A DNA stretch of 64,000 nucleotides from Myxococcota bacterium. GTDB lineage: Bacteria > Myxococcota_A > UBA9160 > UBA6930. Below the pieces are notes generated by a model. It was not told the DNA's origin and searched no databases. It saw only the letters and a program-made list of their open reading frames with translations. The translations under genes were made by a program, and so were the position numbers. Shown piece after piece: positions 20,101 to 28,338 of this stretch. The number at the start of each line of letters is the position of its first letter. Within the stretch, counting starts at the first letter, position 1. The stretch spans positions 1,280,001 to 1,344,000 of the forward strand of contig OZ245015.1 in the NCBI GenBank assembly GCA_965223705.1, in the 5' to 3' direction.

Positions 20101-20554
20101 CGACGGCAACTTGCCCTTTTTTGAGATGCACGAGCTGCCCTTATCTGTCTTCGTCGCAAGACTCAATCGATTGATGGGGGAGAGGATCCGGCGCGAGACC
20201 GTTACCAGAATAAAATGCGATCCAGATCATACGCTCCTGCCAGAACTTCTCGTCTGGGCAGTTTTGAACCTCGTTGACAACGCCCACGCCGCATACCCGT
20301 CCCACGCGGTTGTGTTGGAATTCGAGAACAACACGAGAGGCCTAGTTATTCGGGTGAAGGATGACGGCAGGGGGATCGCGTCTCGCGTTATCACGAAGAT
20401 TGGACGTGTACTCTTTTCCACACGAAAGAGCTCCGGAGGTACAGGAATTGGTTTGTCAGGGACGCATTCGAAGGTGGCTCGATGTGGAGGAGTGCTCACA
20501 GTGAACTCGGTCGAAGGACAGGGGACGACCGCCGAAATCGTACTGCAAGCGTAA
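17117..20554 (+). CDS. Degenerate MMPL/RND-like membrane domain fused to a membrane histidine kinase
   Basis: Single 1145-aa ORF; MMPL-like repeats (LSGTPA.., GFGFLAFAASPWRTVAEAGLV); H-box HDLRK, N-box NLVDNA, G1 DDGRGI, FSTRK, G2 GTGIGL. Confidence 0.7.
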   Translation: MAFTSLLRWEVARHGVLLAAPLASLLFLTVETGFVGVMGKSHGDVQSLKNDLDTYGRGYSIVAMTARTDTSSARAEPLREELSSLAGVSEVTLIESAANIGFLIELSNLDQADSTISHIETVGSEVGLLLSGTPAEFAMAGREITEIGTRLTGALIIVVLGVGAASLGRLSALAMLAWTCVVGVLWSIAGLVFVGSSWNEVSHLGPVLVLCFLVPTGFICLRSGPGDTHQFVPRIKALSAAFVICLATFFLVSPLEGFRSAGLASVVGVSSGLLALDARRRFRGEFRDWLPSQPRSGLLVVGALGLIALLFFSGRGLQSFEVEIDKLRLIGEHTSVARNTATIHDALGFSEVAHFVSLDNGRAEFSYRLVHVPRQGDRREFLEPRRTEDLGVPSGAFPIYTRLVDEVVSSSRLVALGAIVVTLAFVPLLLWGKTASGADRVVPGVSIFLPLAAGIGACVGALSLLGGRIDVGSMWAVFLTAVYAGFGASALAVARDTSTTRCCVQGLTESGLVLGFGFLAFAASPWRTVAEAGLVTAAGVAGTSVSFLLIAETCLGTRGSNLKRARSFTIVILLIAAFIAGFKTATVDPQVVWEKLTGLGAVLVATGLWQVLVALRTPRSQHSPVLVGIGGLTICGAVLPGYFVAIGVAFLAVVSLRRYAPTARGGASWVLMACVAITYTAEASNGESSGLITSLAVSLGALAFMAGQVEELIHGKPVFLRGQVIVSTLLALAPLVVCAAVPRMDSETAFLAAAAPGLGLGFSTLTSAWRRGGEGFELAVGVAGAFLAALASSALLIESSPATEPLLSALAPFLAVFGGLAIWLLLRPGFPTVSDQVSNARERYLESTAALVEDRDLALAAEQICGDLIGYPVCVDVSQWKATLSTSAVAAAVEANVGNLQARLTVEAQKELSALQRRLCKCVLAECLRRIQASRACEEAVRSQSDTAIHALTERHDLRKALLVAAAYLESDEQTPDRVLRAREAVEESLRLVDYDGNLPFFEMHELPLSVFVARLNRLMGERIRRETVTRIKCDPDHTLLPELLVWAVLNLVDNAHAAYPSHAVVLEFENNTRGLVIRVKDDGRGIASRVITKIGRVLFSTRKSSGGTGIGLSGTHSKVARCGGVLTVNSVEGQGTTAEIVLQA

Positions 20555-20610
20555 TGTCTCCACGAAATTCCAGGTTGTGGTCGCCTGAAAGGTGGAACTA
20601 GTTTCGAGGG

Positions 20611-21540
20611 ATGGAAGACCATCTTTGCTCAGGCTCACTAGCAGCTTTCGCCCGCCAGGTCGCAAATTTCGAGATACCGGTGTTGATAACTGGAGAGACC
20701 GGAACTGGAAAGACAACAGCCGCCCAGTCTATTCACAGGCTCTCTGATCGCTCCCACGAGCGTTTCATCCACATAAACTGCGCAAGTATCCCTGAGCAGC
20801 TTGTCGAGGCAGAACTCTTCGGGGTCGAGCGCGGCGCGTTTACCGGGGCAACGGGATCGAGGGCTGGACACCTGGAAATTGCAGGATCCGGGACGATTCT
20901 GTTTGACGAAATAGGGGAGATCTCTCTCCCTGTTCAGGCGAAGCTCCTCCGAGTTCTCGAAGAGGGTGAGTTTGAACGACTGGGCAGCACCCGAACTCGT
21001 CGTTTCTCGGCTCGTGTCATCTCGGCGACTAGTAGAGATTTGAGCAGCGCGATTCAGCGGCGGGAGTTCCGTTCGGATCTGTACTACCGCCTTGCCGGAG
21101 CGGAGGTTGCGTTGCCTCCTCTTCGAGAGAGGCCGGAGGATATAAGGCGCATCGCGCAGTCGGTTTGGGACGCTATGTCGAAACGCTACGGTCGGGCAAA
21201 GGAGGGAGTTCCCGAAGCTGTTATGGCCCAACTCACGTCGTCGGCGTGGCCGGGAAATATTAGAGAGCTGAAGTCGGCCGTTTACCGCGCATTTATCGGC
21301 TTAGATCCCGTTCGCCGCACCGGACCGGCGGGTCACTCGGAGCTAGATGAGCTGTGTGAGGCACTTGCGGCAGCGAGAGGCAATGTTTCACTCGCGGCTC
21401 GCAAGTTGGGAGTTGCGAGAAGCACTTTGAGGTATCGAATGATGAGCTACGGCCTTGACCGAGAGACTTTCCGGCCGGCCGGCCGCTTCACCACCAGGCG
21501 AACGGCCCAGTTCAAAGCGTCTCACCAAGCTTCCGAATAA
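20611..21540 (+). CDS. Sigma-54 enhancer-binding protein (AAA+ and Fis HTH) without N-terminal regulatory domain
   Basis: GETGTGKT, ELFG..RGAFTGA, LFDEIGE, FRSDLYYRL, WPGNIREL, GNVSLAARKLG. Confidence 0.92.
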   Translation: MEDHLCSGSLAAFARQVANFEIPVLITGETGTGKTTAAQSIHRLSDRSHERFIHINCASIPEQLVEAELFGVERGAFTGATGSRAGHLEIAGSGTILFDEIGEISLPVQAKLLRVLEEGEFERLGSTRTRRFSARVISATSRDLSSAIQRREFRSDLYYRLAGAEVALPPLRERPEDIRRIAQSVWDAMSKRYGRAKEGVPEAVMAQLTSSAWPGNIRELKSAVYRAFIGLDPVRRTGPAGHSELDELCEALAAARGNVSLAARKLGVARSTLRYRMMSYGLDRETFRPAGRFTTRRTAQFKASHQASE

Positions 21541-21937
21541 TCTCACCCCAGCCGCCGTTGTAACTATCCCGGCTTTCCTCAGCATCGAACGCTTCGTGGG
21601 TAAGCGTCAGCTCGGTCTCATCCATCCCGTGCGGCGCGAGTTCGACCGTCACGACGGTCTCCTTCCCTTGCAGCATGTCCGAGCGCCAGGTCATCACGAG
21701 CTTGTTCGGCGGATCGATCTCGATGTATTCGCCTTCTTGCACGTATACACCTTCGCCGTGCATGGCGATGCGCCACTTGCCGCCGACGCGCACGTCGAGG
21801 GTGGCTTCGGCGTGGGTCATGGTGTCGGTGGGGCAGAACCAGGCGCGCATGCCCTCGGCGTCGGTCCACGCATCGAACACGGCCTGAGGCGGCGCGGGAA
21901 GGACGCGCGTGAGTCGGAGGAAGGGTTCCTTAGGCAT
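21512..21937 (-). CDS. SRPBCC/AHSA1-like protein
   Basis: APPQAVFDAWTD, DVRVGG, GW..I..L; ATG overlaps the ArsR end. Confidence 0.88.
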   Translation of the reverse strand: MPKEPFLRLTRVLPAPPQAVFDAWTDAEGMRAWFCPTDTMTHAEATLDVRVGGKWRIAMHGEGVYVQEGEYIEIDPPNKLVMTWRSDMLQGKETVVTVELAPHGMDETELTLTHEAFDAEESRDSYNGGWGEIIRKLGETL

Positions 21938-22292
21938 CGCGGTTTCCTTTCTTGCGGCGCGGGCGCCGCGGGTCGCGGAGGTGCTCTTCGAGCGCGTCGA
22001 GGCGGGCTTCCCAAAACGCGCGGTAGGTCTCGGTAAATTCCGCGGCCTGCTCGAGCGGGCTCGGCTCGAGGTGGCAGAAGTGCTTGCGCCCGACGACTTC
22101 GCGCCGGATGAGCCCGGCGCGCTCGAGCTGCGCGATGTGTTTCGAGACGGCGGCGAGCGAGATCGCAAAGGGTTTCGCGAGCTCGGTGACGGTGGCTTTG
22201 CCCGCGCGCAGTTGGCTCAAGATGGCGCGCCGGGTCGGGTCGCCCAGGGCCTGAAACGTTCGGTCGAGTGAAGCGGCGGCAGGGGGCGGCAC
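21930..22292 (-). CDS. ArsR family transcriptional regulator
   Basis: FQALGDPTRRAIL, SLAAVSKH, FWEARLDALE; classic ArsR-SRPBCC pair. Confidence 0.9.
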   Translation of the reverse strand: MPPPAAASLDRTFQALGDPTRRAILSQLRAGKATVTELAKPFAISLAAVSKHIAQLERAGLIRREVVGRKHFCHLEPSPLEQAAEFTETYRAFWEARLDALEEHLRDPRRPRRKKGNRDA

Positions 22293-22322
22293 GCGCGAAG
22301 CTTAACTCAGTGGTTGAATAAT

Positions 22323-22862
22323 TCACTCGCTCGGTACGGCGGCCTCGGCCTCTTGGCGCAAACGCTTTGCGATCGCGGCGAGCTGCTGCAGGCCGGCGAT
22401 CTCGGGGAAGTCTCGCGCGTAGAAATCGAGCGCGTAGTACGAGACTTCGTGCGTGCGCCCCCGGTAGACGATACGGATGCGCGTGGTCGCAGCGTCCATA
22501 ATTCGGCTCACGCTGCCTCGCGCTCTTTGTTGTGTGCGCACTTCCTCGAGAAGTGCTTCCTCTCGCAGGTCGAAGAAGCCTTGTTCTTCGACGATCCACG
22601 CGGCGAGGGCGGAGAACGTTTCGGGAGGCACGTGCAGCGCGTGGCGGGTGCCGCGGTGCCACACGTGGCCGTGCCCTCGGTGATCGAGGGCGAAGAAGGG
22701 TTCGCGGCGCTCGGTCTTGAGGAGACCGCCGCGTTCGTCGAGCTCGATCCGATCCTCGCCCACGTCAGCATTTCCGGACGCCCATGCAGCAGCGCCTGGC
22801 ACGAAGACGAGCGCGCAAACGCACAGCGCCGCCGCTAGCGAGAATCGGTTGCGGTCGCTCAT
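22323..22862 (-). CDS. Secreted hypothetical protein
   Basis: ATG 22862 (MSDRNRFSLAAALC), signal peptide ending AWA, IMDAATTRI motif. Confidence 0.6.
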   Translation of the reverse strand: MSDRNRFSLAAALCVCALVFVPGAAAWASGNADVGEDRIELDERGGLLKTERREPFFALDHRGHGHVWHRGTRHALHVPPETFSALAAWIVEEQGFFDLREEALLEEVRTQQRARGSVSRIMDAATTRIRIVYRGRTHEVSYYALDFYARDFPEIAGLQQLAAIAKRLRQEAEAAVPSE

Positions 22863-22912
22863 CGGCAGACGATACGCCGTCTTCTCCCCGCACGCGGGGC
22901 CGGCGCCCCGCG

Positions 22913-23581
22913 CTAGCGGGCTGTCAACGCGCGCCGGCGCCCCGCGTAACTCATGCCCGCCAATCCGAACGCGACGAGCAGCACCGTCGAGGGCTCGGGC
23001 ACGACGTCCACCTGGATCTCCAGCTGCTGGGGCCCGCCGGGAACCTCGCTCCACGTGGCGCCGCTGTCGATCGAGCCGAGCGTCACATCGCCGATGGCAC
23101 CGGGGCCGTCTTGTCCGGTGCTCAGGGTTTGCTCCCACGTGTACTGGTTCGTGTCCGTCGCGCCCACCGAGGCGACGACCCAATAGAGCGTGCTCGCGGC
23201 GAGTGCGAGCATGCCCGTGTAGAGGTTGTTGCCCGAGGCCGGCGCTCCGCTTCCGGCGAGTGTCAAGAGCAGCGCGCCCGGCATGCCCGGCGTGTCCGTG
23301 TCGTCGGCGTGGATCGACACCATGAATTCGCCCCCACCGGGCGGATTCACCGGCCCGTCCGACAAGATCGTGACCGACTCGAGGACCGACGCGACGCCGA
23401 CGGTGGTAAACGAGACCGCGCGCGTGGTCGGCGTGCCGCTCGGGTGCGACACGCCGTGGACCACGCCCGTTACGTCCGTACCGAAGGTCAGGTTGGACGC
23501 CAGCGTGACCGCTTGCGCTGACCCGGAAAGCCCTGCGAGCCAAGCCGCCGCGACGCCACAGAGGAATGTTTTCGAAAACAT
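22913..23581 (-). CDS. PEP-CTERM surface protein
   Basis: Signal peptide (AQA), Thr/Gly-rich body, VPEPST + TM + RRR tail. Confidence 0.88.
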   Translation of the reverse strand: MFSKTFLCGVAAAWLAGLSGSAQAVTLASNLTFGTDVTGVVHGVSHPSGTPTTRAVSFTTVGVASVLESVTILSDGPVNPPGGGEFMVSIHADDTDTPGMPGALLLTLAGSGAPASGNNLYTGMLALAASTLYWVVASVGATDTNQYTWEQTLSTGQDGPGAIGDVTLGSIDSGATWSEVPGGPQQLEIQVDVVPEPSTVLLVAFGLAGMSYAGRRRALTAR

Positions 23582-23694
23582 GGAGGATTCCCCGTTTCTT
23601 CCCAGCGCACGTCATGTGCACTTTGTGTGAAGAAATTAGTTGGGAATTCCCTACGACGCTTTCTGGTGTTTAGATTCGCTCCCCTTGGGGTCGG

Positions 23695-24330
23695 CTAGAG
23701 CGGGCTCGCGGCGCCCACATACTGGTACCGGACGAGCGAGACGCCGGGGATCGGCGGCGGACGATCGAGATCGACGCCGCTCGACTGCTCGACCTTGAAG
23801 CCCGTCCGGGCGAGAAGCTCCGGCGGGTTCCGCGTGAGCTGGCAGCCGCCGAAGGCCGCGGCCCACGGCCGGGCGAACCGTTGCTGCCAGCGCTGGCGAC
23901 TGAGGGTTGGCGCGAGCCCGTGCTCGGCGAAGAGAAGCTGCCCGTCGGGCTTGAGCACACGCCGCATCTCTCCGAGCGCGCGTTCGACGTCGGGGATCGT
24001 GCACAGCGTGTACGCGACGACGATGGTGTCGACGCTTCGGTCGTCGAGGGGGATCTCCTCACCGCGGAGCGGCACGTGCTCGATGGGGAAGCTCATCTCG
24101 GCTTCGCGCTTCGCCGCGAGCGAGAACGCGCCGCTCGCCGGATCGAGGGCCACCAGCTCGTCGACACGAGCGCTGTCGTACCAGGGCAGGTTCGTGCCGC
24201 TGCCGTAACCGACTTCGAGCACGCGCCCGCGCGCTTCGGGCACCACTTTCGCGCGCTGCTCCGAGAACGCGCGGTGGCCGCAAATGTGATCGATGATGCG
24301 GGGGAGGATGTGGTTTTCGTAGAAGTTCAT
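23695..24330 (-). CDS. Class I SAM-dependent methyltransferase
   Basis: VLEVGYGSG, YTLCTIPD, RRVLKPDG, GGCQLTR. Confidence 0.9.
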   Translation of the reverse strand: MNFYENHILPRIIDHICGHRAFSEQRAKVVPEARGRVLEVGYGSGTNLPWYDSARVDELVALDPASGAFSLAAKREAEMSFPIEHVPLRGEEIPLDDRSVDTIVVAYTLCTIPDVERALGEMRRVLKPDGQLLFAEHGLAPTLSRQRWQQRFARPWAAAFGGCQLTRNPPELLARTGFKVEQSSGVDLDRPPPIPGVSLVRYQYVGAASPL

Positions 24331-24340
24331 TGCAGGCTCC

Positions 24341-26164
24341 TTACTCGACGGGGCGCAAGCGGAAACCGAGCAGCTCGAGCTCGGTGCCGCCGCCTGTGTT
24401 TCGTGCGAACACGCGCGCGCCGCCGCCGCGGCCGAGGGTCCAATCGCAGGCTTCAGAATCGCTCAAAGGTTCGAGGTAGCGCTTCAGCGGTCGCGGCTCA
24501 TCGTCGAGAGCGATCGAAAGGACCAAGCGGCCCTCCTCGAGCTCGAGCGTCACTTCCTCGAAGAAGAGATGCTCGTCGGTGGCGTTCGCAACGCGGTAGC
24601 GGCCGAGGCGCGCTTTCCACGCCGCGGTGGCGGGCGATGGATCGACGCGCCAGCCGACGAAGAACTCCGGGCCGCGCTCGGGGTCGATGTAGACGGCGTC
24701 GATCGCGCCGACGCGCCGGAAGCGCAGTTGGAAGCGCTTGAGCTCGTCGGGCTCGAGCGGCAGGAGGCCCATGAAGCGCAGGCGCGGGCGGAACGATCCG
24801 TCGACGGCCGGCCGAAGCTCCGCCGAGGTAAAGCGCGTGAACGCTTGGGTGCGCAGCGCGTCGCCGCGGCGTTCGAGCCGAACGGCTGTTGCGAGCGTCG
24901 CGTAGCGACCGGCGAGATCGGCGAGGGCGCCGGGGTCGGTGCTTTCCGCGAGGCGCGGCGGCGCGGGCTCCCACTCGCGAAACGGCACGCCGCGCCGCGC
25001 TTCGAGCGCCAGCCGCAGCGCGAGGTACACGATGTCCTGCGCCGCGGGGCCGGCTTCGGCAGCGTTCGTCAGCACCGCGACGCCCAGGTCGTGCTCAGGA
25101 AGAAGCAGGAAGTGCGAGCGGTGGGCGAGCATGCCGCCCGAGTGTCCGACGGCGAGCCCGCCTCCCGGCACCGCCGCTTGCGAGCTGTCGCGGAACCAGC
25201 CGAGCCCCATCTCGAACGTGCTGTCGAGCGCCACGTCGCCGTTTTGCCGCCGCCACATCGCGCGCAGATCCTTCGACGAGAGAATCTCGCCCGAAGCGCC
25301 GGTGCCGTCGCGGAGCGCCATCTGCCCGAACGCCGCGAGCTCGCGGGCGCTGCTCACGAGTGCGCCGGCGGGCACCGCGCCGAGCTTCATCGGGTCGATC
25401 GCGTCGCCGTCGACGTAGGATTTCGCGATCTCGTCTTCGAGAAGCTCGGTCCGGAACGTCGAGCGCGCCATGCCGCTCGGACGCATGACGCGTTCTTCCG
25501 CGTAGCGCGGGAAGGGGTCGCCGCTCACGCGCTCGACGACGTGGCCGAGGAGCGTCATCGCAACGTTCGAATACGCGTGCACCAAGCCGACCGGCGCCTG
25601 GGCTTTGAAGCCGCGCAGGAGCGTCACGTATTCGGTGTAGTGCGCGGGCTCCGCCGCGAAGAAGCGCGAGAAGATGTCGCTCGGAATCCCCGAGTGGTGG
25701 GTCAACATCGAGCGGATCGTGATGTCGTCGAGCGTCCATTCCGCGGCGTTCGGCAAGAAGGGCGGCGGCGGGCCGAGCTCGAACTCGGGCAGGTAGCGCG
25801 TGAGCGGCGCGTCGAGCTCGACGAGGCCCTGGGCGACGAGCTGCATCACGGCGATCGAGGTGATGAGCTTCGAAATGGAACCCACGCGGTAGAAGGTCTG
25901 CGGGGTCGCGGGCACCGCTTCCTCGACGCTGGCGAAGCCGTAACCGCGCTCCCAGTAGATGCCGTTGTCGTCGAAGAGCGCGATCGTGAGAGAAGCGGCA
26001 CCTTCCTCGAGGACCGCGTTCGCTTCCCAATCGAGGCGCGAGGTCAGGTAGTGGAGGTCGCCGCGCTCGATCGGCGCGGCCGGCCGCTCGGGGAGTGGCG
26101 TTGCGCAGGCGAGGCCGACAACGATGACGAGCGAGACGCCGAAGGTCCCTGCGAACCGCACCAT
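24341..26164 (-). CDS. Serine hydrolase (beta-lactamase class C-like), lipoprotein
   Basis: GSISK (SxxK), LTHHSG, YSN, GHSGG; lipobox GLAC; start at 26164 (MVRFAG). Confidence 0.85.
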   Translation of the reverse strand: MVRFAGTFGVSLVIVVGLACATPLPERPAAPIERGDLHYLTSRLDWEANAVLEEGAASLTIALFDDNGIYWERGYGFASVEEAVPATPQTFYRVGSISKLITSIAVMQLVAQGLVELDAPLTRYLPEFELGPPPPFLPNAAEWTLDDITIRSMLTHHSGIPSDIFSRFFAAEPAHYTEYVTLLRGFKAQAPVGLVHAYSNVAMTLLGHVVERVSGDPFPRYAEERVMRPSGMARSTFRTELLEDEIAKSYVDGDAIDPMKLGAVPAGALVSSARELAAFGQMALRDGTGASGEILSSKDLRAMWRRQNGDVALDSTFEMGLGWFRDSSQAAVPGGGLAVGHSGGMLAHRSHFLLLPEHDLGVAVLTNAAEAGPAAQDIVYLALRLALEARRGVPFREWEPAPPRLAESTDPGALADLAGRYATLATAVRLERRGDALRTQAFTRFTSAELRPAVDGSFRPRLRFMGLLPLEPDELKRFQLRFRRVGAIDAVYIDPERGPEFFVGWRVDPSPATAAWKARLGRYRVANATDEHLFFEEVTLELEEGRLVLSIALDDEPRPLKRYLEPLSDSEACDWTLGRGGGARVFARNTGGGTELELLGFRLRPVE

Positions 26165-27002
26165 CCGGGCAAGGTCGTCGATCTCACGGCACCTGTCGAA
26201 CGCGCTGGCGCTCGCGCTCTGCGCGCTCGTGCACACCGCCTGCGTGATCCCCGGGCCGTCGACGTCGGAAACGGAGCTCGCGGCGATTCCCCGGGAGACC
26301 GTGCGGGCGGGATCGCGCGAGCTCAGCATCCTGCGGGCGGGCGATCCCGAGCTTCCGCGCGTGGTCTTTCTCCACGGCACACCCGGAGCCGCCGACGGCT
26401 GGGCCGACTACCTGGTGGTCCCGCCCGAGGGCTTCGAGGCGGTGGCCGTCGATCGCCCGGGCTTCGGCGAGACGCTCCCGCGCAAAGCCGTGCCGTCCCT
26501 CACGTCGCAAGCGGAAGCACTCGAGCCGTTATGGGTCGAGCGGGGCGGGGTGGGCACGTTCCTCGTCGGGCATTCCCTCGGCGCGCCGATCGCCGCGCAG
26601 GCGGCGGTCTTGTTTCCCGAGCGCGTCGCCGGCCTCGTGATCCTCGCGGGCTCCCTCGATCCCGATCTCGAACGCGTCCTGTGGATCCAGTACGTCGGGC
26701 GCTGGTTCGCGCTCGAGTGGCTCATCCCGCGTTGGGCACGCCACGCGAACCGAGAGCTCATCGATCTCGAAACGCACCTGCGCGCCCTGCAGCCCCGGCT
26801 CGGCGACGTGCAGTGCCCCATCGTGATCGTGCACGGCACCGAGGACGGCCTCGTCCCCTATGCGAACGTCGCTTACATGGAGACGCACTTCGCGGCGAAC
26901 CCGCGCGTCGAAGTCGTCCGCCTCGAAGGGCAGAACCACTTCCTGCCCTGGAACTCCGAGGCGGAAGTGCGGCGGGCCATCGCCCGTGTCGCCGCGTGGT
27001 GA
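26124..27002 (+). CDS. Alpha/beta hydrolase
   Basis: FLHGTPG, DRPGFG, GHSLG, HGTED, NHF; start uncertain. Confidence 0.85.
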   Translation: MTSETPKVPANRTIRARSSISRHLSNALALALCALVHTACVIPGPSTSETELAAIPRETVRAGSRELSILRAGDPELPRVVFLHGTPGAADGWADYLVVPPEGFEAVAVDRPGFGETLPRKAVPSLTSQAEALEPLWVERGGVGTFLVGHSLGAPIAAQAAVLFPERVAGLVILAGSLDPDLERVLWIQYVGRWFALEWLIPRWARHANRELIDLETHLRALQPRLGDVQCPIVIVHGTEDGLVPYANVAYMETHFAANPRVEVVRLEGQNHFLPWNSEAEVRRAIARVAAW

Positions 27003-27009
27003 GCGTGGC

Positions 27010-27831
27010 CTAGCGCGCGTGGAGCTTGCGAATCTTCGCTTCCACGTCCGCGCGCACTTGGGGCGGCACGGTGTGGCGCCCATCGAATTCCTGGAAGTAG
27101 ACGTGGCGGGTGAGCGCGCTCACGGCGTCGGCGGTTCGGCGACCGCGTACGAGCGGCACGACCGGATCGCTTCGCCCGTGGTAGGCGAAGAAGGGCGGGC
27201 GCGCACCGGGCGCGAAGCCTTCCATGAGCTCCGGCTCGAGCGCGCCGGCGACCGCGAAGACCGCACTGAATTCCTCGGGATGATGCGCACCCAGGTACCA
27301 CGCCAGTGACGCGCCGCGAGAGAAGCCGAAGACCATCGGCTTGCCGCGCGTCGGGTACCGCTCCACGAGCTCGGGTGCCGCCGCAGCGATGCTCTTCGCG
27401 ACGTTCCGGAACATGCCCATCTGCGCGGCCTTCGCTTCCTGCGCGCTCATGCCTTCGCCCTTGTCCCAGATGTAGCCCGCGCCGTGGCGGGCGGGACCGC
27501 GGAAGGAAACGATGCGAACCGGCACGGTCCAATCGGCGAAGACGCCGTCGAGGTCCTTCTCGTCGGCACCGGCACCGTGGAGCACGAAGAGAAGGGGGAG
27601 GCGATCGTCTTGCGCCTCACCCACGACCTGGGTCCGGTACTTCAGCGGGTAGGGGACGTCGGTCTGGATCTCGTTCGGGGCGAAAACGAACTTCCAGACG
27701 GTATACTCGAAGGCGGCGGGCGAGAGGAGGACCTTAGGGGAAACCTCGATGTGAAACTCGTTCTGGCTGCTGCGTTGACTGACGAAGAAAAGGCCGACTA
27801 CGACGGCGGCGAACTTCGCGAGAGAGCCCAT
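27010..27831 (-). CDS. Phospholipase/carboxylesterase-family hydrolase
   Basis: LHGAG, GFSRG, HGRSDPVV, GRH; own ATG at 27831 followed by an N-terminal TM. Confidence 0.78.
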   Translation of the reverse strand: MGSLAKFAAVVVGLFFVSQRSSQNEFHIEVSPKVLLSPAAFEYTVWKFVFAPNEIQTDVPYPLKYRTQVVGEAQDDRLPLLFVLHGAGADEKDLDGVFADWTVPVRIVSFRGPARHGAGYIWDKGEGMSAQEAKAAQMGMFRNVAKSIAAAAPELVERYPTRGKPMVFGFSRGASLAWYLGAHHPEEFSAVFAVAGALEPELMEGFAPGARPPFFAYHGRSDPVVPLVRGRRTADAVSALTRHVYFQEFDGRHTVPPQVRADVEAKIRKLHAR

Positions 27832-27884
27832 CGCGGCCTTATCGGCGCAACAGGGTGGCGGCCTGACCGGGCCTCCGGCCGGCG

Positions 27885-28338
27885 TCAGTCGAAGTGTTTC
27901 TCGAGGTGTGCGGTCACCGCCGGGCCCGAGGTGTGCGGTCACCGCCGGGCCCGAACCGGGCTCGAAGACGTCTTCGAGGAGCGCGATTCGGTCGCCTTCG
28001 TAGGTCAGGCGCTCGGTGCCCTCGAGGGCGAAATCCGGCGCCCCGGCCTTGCCGTAGGTCGCCGTCCACGCGAACTCGACGGAGTCGTCTCCGACAACCG
28101 GCTCTCCCCGCAAGGCGAGCGACCGCGTGTCGAAACGGCGGTCCATGGCGTTCAGGCTCTCGCGCAGGAAGTCGAAGACCTTGGCGCGGCCCTCGACGCG
28201 CGCGTTGAAGGGCTCTTCACTGTCGACGGTGTAGACGGCGTCTTCCGTAAAGAAGGGGTCGAGTCGCGACCAATCGTCATCGACCACGGTTTCTTCGAAC
28301 GCTGCCGCGTACGCCACGAAACGCTCCATCAAGCTCAT
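27885..28338 (-). CDS. SnoaL/NTF2-like protein; natural stop bypassed by a 25-bp duplication (frameshift)
   Basis: DDWSRLDPFFTEDAVY motif; removing one repeat copy gives ...AHLEKHFD-TGA ending at 27885. Confidence 0.7.
27902..27954. repeat. Exact 25-bp tandem duplication (2 copies)
   Basis: CGAGGTGTGCGGTCACCGCCGGGCC at 27902 and 27927. Confidence 0.95.

Larger units (their letters stand above)
16460..21460. other. Compositionally atypical (AT-richer) island carrying a three-gene signalling module
   Basis: Abrupt increase in A/T and in codons such as CTA/TTA/ATA/AGA; far fewer shadow ORFs than flanks; borders approximate; no mobility gene seen. Confidence 0.7.

Noticed and set aside
24569..27013. 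814-aa plus-strand ORF and the many other long Arg/Ala/Pro-rich ORFs
   Set aside because: Shadow ORFs of real genes in high-GC DNA, with no recognisable motifs
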